Below are positions 59,601 to 64,000 of a stretch of DNA of 64,000 bases, in pieces. Under the pieces are notes generated by a model. The model made no database searches. It was not told the origin of the DNA and worked only from the letters and a program-made list of their open reading frames with translations. This DNA is from an uncultured Acidobacteriaceae bacterium (lineage in GTDB: Bacteria; Acidobacteriota; Terriglobia; Terriglobales; Acidobacteriaceae), in the NCBI GenBank assembly GCA_963749985.1, contig CAVVOS010000006.1, positions 429,590-493,589 of the forward strand, in the 5' to 3' direction. Made by a program: the position numbers and the translations under genes. Within the stretch, counting starts at the first letter, position 1. Each line of letters begins with the position of its first letter.

Positions 59601-62600
59601 GATCCATACGGGCTGATGTTGGAGACCGGAATCGTATAGCTGGCGGTGGAACCGCGAGTGAAAATGCCAGCGGAGTTCTTGCTCAGCGTCATGTCGGGAG
59701 TACATTGCGCGCCTGACTGCGTGCCCGAGGTCTGAGCGATCGATGCATTGGTGACACTGGTGCCTGCGGCACCGGGGGTTGCGCCGTAGGGCACGCCAGG
59801 AGTTTCGGTCAGGCCATTAGTCCCGCCCGTCACACTAATACTCGCCGGAGTGCCGGAAACCAGCACAACACCGCCGCCACCACCGCCGCCGGGTCCGTGA
59901 CGGTTCGCCAAAGTGAAGGGTTCGATTTCCCATGCGTTGCCGCCGTTGCCACCATTTGCTTGCAGAGTCAAGCCGCCTTCACCGCCGTTGGCGGAAAGAA
60001 CGACGATGCTGCCACCGGCTCCACCACCGCCTCCGGCATCGTTGAGGGTCCCGTTATAGGCGTTAATGCCGTTGGCGGTGAGGGTCGCGGTGCCGCTGAG
60101 CGCGTAGGTGCGAATGATGATGATGCCGCCGCCGGTCGAGCCGCCGCTGGCTTGAAAGTCTCCGTCGGAATTGTTGCGCGTACCCGCGCCGCCGCCACCA
60201 CCCAGCGCGATGCGGTTGATGGTTGCGGGAAAAGCAACGCCGCCTTCGCCGCCCACACTCAAGTTGCTGTTCCAGGAGTCGCCGCCGAAGCCTCCAGCGC
60301 CGCCATTACCACCACCGCCGCCGCCTGCATTCTGATCATTGGCTGCGGGATCTCCGTCCGTGCCACCGGCTCCGGCGTTGCCCGGCGCGCCCCGTGCCAT
60401 GCTGCCATCAGTTCCCGCGGTACCGCTGGGATAACCGGTGGTGGTGTGCAAGAAAGTTACGCCGGACTCGACCCAGGAAGGAGTGCCCGCGATTCCTTCG
60501 CCTTTCGGGGCATCATAGCCAGCCGATCCTCCCACTGCCCCGGTGTAGGTGGCCGGAGCGGGTTGCCGATAATCTGTGTTGGCGCCAGCTCCGCCGGTTA
60601 ACTGCATGCCCGCGCCGCCACGGAAGCCCTGTCCGCTGACCGATACGGTTGCGCCGTTCAGAGTGAGGGTGCTCGAAGTATCGATGGCAAGAACTCCGCC
60701 GGTGGAACCATTCCAGGCGAGTGCCATCGGTGGCGTGGTTGCATCGAAAGTGGCCGTGGTGTACTGCGGCACCACAATGACCTGGTAGGCGCTTTGTCCC
60801 TTGGTTGCAGTAGCCGCGGCAGAGTCGTAGGCAAATACCAATCCGCCGCCGAGCCCTGCTCCTGAAACCGTAACCGTTCCTCCGCCGGTGCCCACGGCCG
60901 ATTGCGCAGTAACGAACTCGTAGTCTCCCGCGCTGTTTAGCGCGGTGAAACCCTGACCGGTGTAACCGTTGCCATAAGCGACGGTGTTTGAGTCGTTAAT
61001 GCTGGCATCCTGCATCTGGATCACCAGCAGAAGATTTCCGGCAGCGATTGCAGTTCCCGCGCCGGTTGCCGCACCCACGGGAATCGAGGTCGCTCCGGCC
61101 GCCACGCTCGCCGTTCCCGGATAGTAGGTGTTTAAAACGCCGGTCACGTTGTTGTTGGGCACCGCCTGGGACACGGTCGCGCAAGCGGCTGACTGCACGG
61201 TTGCGACCGCTGTGAACACGTTGTTGCCGGTGTTCAGATCGGGTGGTGTGCCGGAATCGGTAACGGTGGCGGTGTTCGCGTATGCGCCCGAGGCAGTAGC
61301 GGTTTCCACCACCGCGACGGTGGCGGTGGCTCCGCTGGCCAGGGTGCCTATGGTGCAAGTGATCGGGCCGGTGCCGGTGCAGGTCACGCCCGCGCTCGGA
61401 GTCACCGAGACCAGCGTCATCCCCGCGGCGAGAGCGTCGGACAACGAGACGGCATTCGCCGCGGAAGTTCCATTGTTGAAGACGGTGATGTTGTAAGTGG
61501 TGTTCTGCCCCAGAAAAACCGCGCTGCCCACGGTGGTAGTAACTCCGATGTCGGCCGCTGTGGGATTGATCGAAACGGCTCCGAGCGACCAGTTGGAGGT
61601 GCCACTGAAGGTCTCAGAAATCGGCACGGCAGGTGCGCCGGTACGACTGCTGCCCGAGGCGGTCACGTCCGGCGGAGAGACTCCAAAACCGGTCGTCACG
61701 TTCCACTGCTGCACCTGCGGTCCGGGGACGGTAACGTTTTGATCTCCACCTGTAGCCAGTGTGTCCAGAACCATGCCGTTGACGACGCTCGGCACATTGA
61801 GCTGGGTGTACGCCGCGGTTGCACCATCGGCGGATACGAATGAACCGAGGGGCACAGTCTGATCGACGCCCGTGAAAGTAGTGGCGCCGGCAACAATGCC
61901 CACAGTCTGCGCGACAGGGACGTTCACGGACACGATGATCTGATTCGTTCCGGACACCGGATTCAGCAGATACCACATCTCAACCCGGCGCGTGGCTCCG
62001 GCGTCATTGTGAGCGCCGATGAAACTCAGCGGCGTCCCGTTGTAGGTCACACCTACCACTCCCGTGGTAGGCGCGTTCGCGATATTTATAGAGACACCGA
62101 CGATCAGAAGGCGATTCGCCGTGGCGGTGGTCGTATGGTTGAACGTGACAGTAACCGTGCCAGCGCCGGTGCGCTCGTTGCTATGAGAAGTGGTCGCATC
62201 CACCGCGACCTGAGCGCGCAGATACGGCGCTGCCAGCAGAACGATCAGCAGACCCAAGGCTCCGAGGAGATTTGCCGCGCCGCGCATGGGGCGCGAGGTT
62301 TTGGCGCGCGCGGGACGATGGAGTCCCGTGGCGCGCAAGAGGTTGTTGGCGACCGATTGTCCGCGCGCCGCGCCACGCAATAACATGCCGCCGACTCCTC
62401 TTAGGTTGGTTCGCACGCTTCTTCGTCCCAGCCGAACTTCTTTAGCTACGGCCACGCCCAGAATCTGCTCGCCGCGCAGCGGAGGATCGTCCTGCTGGCC
62501 GCAATCACCGCGCGTGATGAAGACGTCTCTAGCGGCATCGGCTTTCACCAGACGATGCAGTCTGAACCCGTAATCGCCCTTCACTAGAACAATGTCGCCT

Positions 62601-62794
62601 CTGCGCAGGTGCACTTCAGCGGAGGGTCTGACATAAACCATCTCGCCATCGCGAATTGCGGGAGACATGCTGGCTCCGCGCGCCTGAAAGCGTACCCGCA
62701 GTCCGTGCTTCAGGCAGTCAAGGACGAAAGATTCGAACTGATTCGATTGCGGACGGTCTTCTCTTTCAAGATCAGTGCTCACAAGGTCATTCAC
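53645..62794 (-). CDS. Giant multidomain protein: S24/S26-type peptidase-like module, signal-anchor, DUF11 repeat array, Gly-rich region, C-terminal C25 (gingipain-like) cysteine peptidase
   Basis: One uninterrupted ORF (track 53645..62869, 3074 aa). Preferred start is GTG 62794, which overlaps the upstream gene's stop (GTGAATGA). Alternatives are ATG 62827, TTG 62869, or internal ATG 62287. Domain evidence is in the sub-features below. Confidence 0.85.
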   Translation of the reverse strand: MNDLVSTDLEREDRPQSNQFESFVLDCLKHGLRVRFQARGASMSPAIRDGEMVYVRPSAEVHLRRGDIVLVKGDYGFRLHRLVKADAARDVFITRGDCGQQDDPPLRGEQILGVAVAKEVRLGRRSVRTNLRGVGGMLLRGAARGQSVANNLLRATGLHRPARAKTSRPMRGAANLLGALGLLIVLLAAPYLRAQVAVDATTSHSNERTGAGTVTVTFNHTTTATANRLLIVGVSINIANAPTTGVVGVTYNGTPLSFIGAHNDAGATRRVEMWYLLNPVSGTNQIIVSVNVPVAQTVGIVAGATTFTGVDQTVPLGSFVSADGATAAYTQLNVPSVVNGMVLDTLATGGDQNVTVPGPQVQQWNVTTGFGVSPPDVTASGSSRTGAPAVPISETFSGTSNWSLGAVSINPTAADIGVTTTVGSAVFLGQNTTYNITVFNNGTSAANAVSLSDALAAGMTLVSVTPSAGVTCTGTGPITCTIGTLASGATATVAVVETATASGAYANTATVTDSGTPPDLNTGNNVFTAVATVQSAACATVSQAVPNNNVTGVLNTYYPGTASVAAGATSIPVGAATGAGTAIAAGNLLLVIQMQDASINDSNTVAYGNGYTGQGFTALNSAGDYEFVTAQSAVGTGGGTVTVSGAGLGGGLVFAYDSAAATATKGQSAYQVIVVPQYTTATFDATTPPMALAWNGSTGGVLAIDTSSTLTLNGATVSVSGQGFRGGAGMQLTGGAGANTDYRQPAPATYTGAVGGSAGYDAPKGEGIAGTPSWVESGVTFLHTTTGYPSGTAGTDGSMARGAPGNAGAGGTDGDPAANDQNAGGGGGGNGGAGGFGGDSWNSNLSVGGEGGVAFPATINRIALGGGGGAGTRNNSDGDFQASGGSTGGGIIIIRTYALSGTATLTANGINAYNGTLNDAGGGGGAGGSIVVLSANGGEGGLTLQANGGNGGNAWEIEPFTLANRHGPGGGGGGGVVLVSGTPASISVTGGTNGLTETPGVPYGATPGAAGTSVTNASIAQTSGTQSGAQCTPDMTLSKNSAGIFTRGSTASYTIPVSNISPYGSSSGTVTVNDTLPLGLIPTSASGTGWSCSIASQTVSCVDSTVLAANSSYPSITINANVAQTAPSTVTNTATVSGGGEVNLSNDTATNVANVVSSADLSVTNAASPNPVTAGSNITYTQLVTNNGPSAADNATLVEAVPPNTTFVSVSAPAGWTCVAPPSGGTGNVVCTDLNMPGSTAATFSMVVKVNTGTANGTVITGTATVSSSVSDPNAANNTASASTVVGTTAGAELTVTNAASPNPVVAGTHITYTQVVTNTGSVAATGATFTEATPTNTTFVSIAAAAGWTCSAPPVSCSNPSVAAGSTGTFTAIYTVNAGTAGGTIITDLATVNATNQAFGSNSAVATDVVATAGQADLALSTAATPLSVFAGNDITYTQTVTNNGPAAATTATFTEAIPANTTFVSVSAPVGWSCTTTTSVICTDPSLAAGASADIIVVVNVAPSVTVATITANSSVSSATSDPNLANNSTTVNTTVATACDLAVTNSGTPSPVAAGGNITYTQVVTNNGPSNCSTVAFNEAIPANTTFSSYSGPPPGWTCTSFAAGCTNPSVAPGSISTFTVVVTVNAGTAAGTIITDTDTVTTTTRDTNQNNNSATVNIAVASATEADLSVTNSASPNPVNAGQNITYTQVVTNNGPATAGGTVVALFDQPPANTTYVSLTGPAGWTCAFNSPFYVCSIASLAAHTSATFTFVVAVSSTAAAGSTITDTDSVSAAPTVDPNPNNNTATASVIVADSADLSVTNAASPVPVIAGNNITYTQVVTNAGPSTATTASFTQNTPPNTTFQSIVNPAGWSCTTPIVGGTGSITCTDPSVAAGTASFTVVVKVNAGTAAGTAINDIATVSSATTDPNPGNNTATANDVVATATQADLITTNTAAPSSVAAGSNVTYTQSVTNNGPAAATATSFTQTTPPNTNFQSITPAAGWTCTTPAVGAAGTITCTNASMAVNATAPFTLVLQVNAGTASGTNIAETATATATNIVPNLTSNSATAMVVVANANSADMAIVKTATPSPTVSDGDTLTYSLAVTNNGPASATNVTVTDVLPSDVTYLSVNTTVGTCSEAGGTVTCLLGTMANAATATVTILTLAGAPGSASNTATVSADQTDPNLANNSSTQTETITAATKIGLQFLAAQRSKDKTGSDRVVLFWKTGGEAHNLGFNVYREQNGQRVQLNPSLIAGSALLMRGTLPKHSAKTYSWIDSSPGAGGSYWLEDVDTNGTRTLHGPVPAEAATSSPSAGDATPAAALMLNQLNQAQPASASSEASHPLENVLQATPPTLIQHQKQFELAANPAVKIFVKQEGWYQVTQPDLIAAGLNPNVDPALLHLYAEAIEQPMEITGASAGPGGFGPQAAINFYGTPIDTPYSGTRVYWLAVGESQGARIQQLPPSTGSNQPPASFPFTVELTPHTTYFSALITSNGNNFFGPIVSTTSVDEVLQVSHLATAAAEPAQLEVILQGIILAVPHDVTVALNGATLGDITFTGQGKGRLRMSLPAGSLQEGDNTVTFTAQNGEYDTSLVQSIRITYPHSYVADSDCLVFTGRPGEELKVAGFTSAPVAVLDITNPDQPVALTPQIASDATSNPSQYELAVQVPWSTSNQAAPARHTLLALAADRVAAAAGVRQNHPSQWHSPQPGSEIVMLTPEAFAAALVPVLHAHQKEGKSTAVILIDDLYDEFTFGQHSPFAIRDFLQTAVNVWHTAPRYLLLNGRASLDPRNYLGFGHLDFVPTKIVPTTMLMTASDDWFSDFKDSGLPTIATGRFPVSTVAEAQLVAGKVATYEGQSTNGPWTLQALMVADVNDTENFTKDSQIVQAQLPPAMQVTDVFASTMTIPQAQQDILAAINSGQLLVNYAGHGSEEEWSGDDLFDNTAANSLTNGSSLPVFLIMDCLNGFFQDVYDEPLAVTLMLAPNGGAVAVLSSSGLNQAPPQTLLDKLVVQSAMSSPQPALGDAILKAKSGITDLGVRKTYNLLGDPAMQIKPPVPTPAH
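53700..54700 (-). other. C25 peptidase-like domain of the giant protein
   Basis: TASDDWFSDF...ATGRFPV...LVNYAGHGSEEEWS (His codon 54044-54046) ... PVFLIMDCLNGFF (Cys codon 53942-53944): a gingipain-type His/Cys dyad in the expected order. Confidence 0.75.
56235..59715 (-). other. Array of ~9 DUF11 (conserved repeat domain) units
   Basis: Recurrent ADLSVTN.ASP.PV.AG.NITYTQ.VTNNGP..A...F......NTTF.S......W.C......C... modules, with a period of about 370-400 nt. Confidence 0.85.
59860..60640 (-). other. Glycine-rich region of the giant protein
   Basis: GQGFRGGAGMQLTGGAGANTDY...NAGGGGGGNGGAGGFGGDSW...ALGGGGGAGTRNN...DAGGGGGAGGSIVVLSANGGEGG...HGPGGGGGGGVVLVSG. Confidence 0.8.
61181..61553 (-). 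other. N-proximal single DUF11-like unit
   Basis: ADIGVTTTVGSAVFLGQNTTYNITVFNNGTSAANAVSLSDAL...TCTGTGPITCTIGTLASGATATV...DLNTGNNV. Confidence 0.7.
62210..62287 (-). other. Internal Met followed by signal-peptide/signal-anchor-like segment
   Basis: MRGAANLLGALGLLIVLLAAPYLRAQ|VAV (residues 195-220 of the track ORF). In frame with the upstream peptidase module, with no intervening stop. Confidence 0.8.
62435..62794 (-). other. S24/S26 (signal peptidase / LexA-like) peptidase module
   Basis: ARGASMSPAIRDGEMVYVRP (GxSMxP Ser motif) ... RRGDIVLV ... RLHRLVK (His where S26A/S24 enzymes carry the general-base Lys, as in SipW/Sec11-type S26B) ... ITRGDCGQQDDPPLRGEQILGVAV. Confidence 0.65.
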
Positions 62795-63734
62795 GGAAAT
62801 TGAGAACCCTCTCCACGGCGCGTTCATCCGGCTCGAAAGAATAGCGATAACAAGGAACGGAATCGGCAACTCGCTCCAGAAAACTCAAGGCGGAGTCAAT
62901 GTATTCGTGACGGTGAAATGGAACGAAGGCGCGAGCAAAAAGTTCGGCGACCACCTGGCTGCGGGTGAGGCGAGTGATCAGGTTGCCGTGGCCGTGTTCG
63001 AGAACGAAGATGCGGTGCAGCGGGGCGCGCTGCGGTAGAGCGAAACATCCCTCACCATGCCACGGAGTTCCGTACATGAAGACTTGGTTGTCGCTTTCAC
63101 GGACAATGATGCGGTCGTCGCTCAGGATTTCTACTTTGTGAAGAGAAGTCCACAGCCGCGCCGTCGTACTCTTCCCCGCCCCGGAGTGACCGACGAACAA
63201 GTTGGTCGCGCCGTCGGGGCCGACGATGCCGACACCATGTAATTCAATAGCCCGCTCTTGCGTGAGGCGGTGCATGATAAGGAGCTCGTCGAGGGGATAC
63301 TCCAGAGGAATGGCGGTGTCGCAACTCTCGAAACCTTCTCGACTTAGGAGCAACGAGGCGCGGCGGAATCGCTCATCGACCAGAAGCCGCTTATAGGAAG
63401 CACCGTCAAGACTCGCAACGCTGAAATCGAATTGAAATCCGGCACTCTTCTCGTACAAGCGCCAGACGCATCCCGAATCGAAAAGCTGGCGCTGCCGCGG
63501 CTTGGGAAGCCTATCGACCCATTTTACCTGGATGCTAATATCGCCCCTGCCGGACTCGATCCGAAACGGCTCCAGGGTTGGATCTAAATTGAGATCTGAA
63601 GCGTGGTCGCCAGCCACTTCTACCGTGACTCCACCCACATGGAAACCGGTGTAGCATGCCGCGCCAAAGGCTGGGGCACACGACACCGCAGGCGCTGAAT
63701 CGTCAACTATCGCGACCCCTAACCTAGCATTCAC
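62787..63734 (-). CDS. HPr kinase/phosphorylase C-terminal-domain-like P-loop protein (HprK-related kinase)
   Basis: ELHGVGIVGPDGATNLFVGHSGAGKSTTARLWTSLHKVEILSDDRIIV parallels the HprK/P P-loop and following DD motif. Start uncertain: GTG 63734 (8 nt after the peptide stop) or TTG 63818 (track). Confidence 0.7.
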   Translation of the reverse strand: MNARLGVAIVDDSAPAVSCAPAFGAACYTGFHVGGVTVEVAGDHASDLNLDPTLEPFRIESGRGDISIQVKWVDRLPKPRQRQLFDSGCVWRLYEKSAGFQFDFSVASLDGASYKRLLVDERFRRASLLLSREGFESCDTAIPLEYPLDELLIMHRLTQERAIELHGVGIVGPDGATNLFVGHSGAGKSTTARLWTSLHKVEILSDDRIIVRESDNQVFMYGTPWHGEGCFALPQRAPLHRIFVLEHGHGNLITRLTRSQVVAELFARAFVPFHRHEYIDSALSFLERVADSVPCYRYSFEPDERAVERVLNFRE

Positions 63735-63742
63735 GGGCGCCC

Positions 63743-63916
63743 CTATGACCCTGAGTTTGGGCAGGTTCCCAGCGGCATACAGCTGCCAACGGGACCGCCC
63801 GACCCGGAGACCTTGCAATGCCCGAGGACAGCCTCCTCGGGACGAAGACTGATCGTCGTCAGTTTCGGTGACGCATACTTTTTCTTGCCGTTGGCACGAT
63901 TCAGTTCGTGATCCAT
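63743..63916 (-). CDS. 57-aa candidate precursor peptide (YxxPxL leader motif, Gly/Ser/Cys-rich C-terminus)
   Basis: ATG 63916 with GAGGG 5 nt upstream. MDHELNRANGKKKYASPKLTTISLRPEEAVLGHCKVSGSGGPVGSCMPLGTCPNSGS*. Confidence 0.5.
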   Translation of the reverse strand: MDHELNRANGKKKYASPKLTTISLRPEEAVLGHCKVSGSGGPVGSCMPLGTCPNSGS

Positions 63917-63941
63917 TGAGCCCTCAATGCTTGCCTTACGG

Positions 63942-64000
63942 TCAGTGACCACCGCAGCTTCCGCAGCCGCCTGTGGCAGCGCTTGCGTTATTCAGAATTT
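63942..64000 (-). CDS. 3' end of a second small ORF with Gly/Cys-rich C-terminus (5' part beyond window)
   Basis: The reverse complement of 63942-63998 reads ...ILNNASAATGGCGSCGGH*. Too short for the ORF track and truncated by the window edge. Confidence 0.3.
   Translation of the reverse strand, partial: ILNNASAATGGCGSCGGH

Noticed and set aside
63743-63916. Classification of the 57-aa peptide as a lasso peptide precursor.
   Set aside because: The leader has YxxPxL, but there is no Thr at the penultimate leader position in a sensible place. The putative core contains no Asp or Glu for the macrolactam. No lasso cyclase or B-protein gene lies in the window. It is kept as a generic RiPP-like candidate instead.

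Overview
High-GC (~60%) bacterial chromosomal window. The gene content and the many dispersed-repeat families suggest Acidobacteriota, but that is inference only. All product names come from motif recognition in the supplied translations; no database search was run.

Layout, left to right:
- 1-8 kb: GH15 glucoamylase (5' partial), an FHA-GAF-PP2C phosphatase, and three DUF2029/GT87-type membrane glycosyltransferase paralogs.
- 8-16 kb: a Tad/Flp pilus locus (flp, cpaB, cpaC, cpaE/tadZ, cpaF/tadA, tadB, tadC).
- 16-23.5 kb: a DUF192 protein, an 844-aa proline-motif TonB_C-like protein, and TPR, HAD, lytic transglycosylase and poly-Ser secreted proteins.
- 23.6-33.4 kb: a repeat-dense accessory stretch. 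It holds REP arrays, a toxin-antitoxin islet, a multi-cluster radical SAM enzyme of the COG1964/tetraether-synthase type, an orphan Rhs C-terminal toxin cassette, an IS200-like RAYT transposase bracketed by inverted REPs, and a PD-(D/E)XK endonuclease cassette.
- 33.5-37 kb: ribBA, a MerR regulator and a ThiS-like protein.
- 37.4-52 kb: a nuo (complex I) operon. It lacks nuoB and nuoI, and AT-rich heptad inverted-repeat elements sit in its intergenic junctions; two of these (plus a third just upstream of nuoA) carry four-helix-bundle (23S rRNA IVS / Avd-like) genes.
- 52-53.5 kb: a second Flp pilin gene and a DAHP synthase.
- 53.6-62.8 kb: a 9.2-kb gene for a giant protein with an N-terminal S24/S26-type peptidase module, a signal-anchor, a DUF11 array, a Gly-rich region and a C-terminal C25 peptidase.
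- 62.8-64 kb (window edge): on the same strand and tightly coupled to the giant gene, an HprK-like P-loop kinase and at least two small Gly/Ser/Cys-rich peptide ORFs, one with a YxxPxL leader motif.

The peptide/kinase/peptidase module fused to the giant surface protein is my best candidate for an undescribed system. The interrupted nuo operon is second. No rRNA, tRNA or CRISPR was found.
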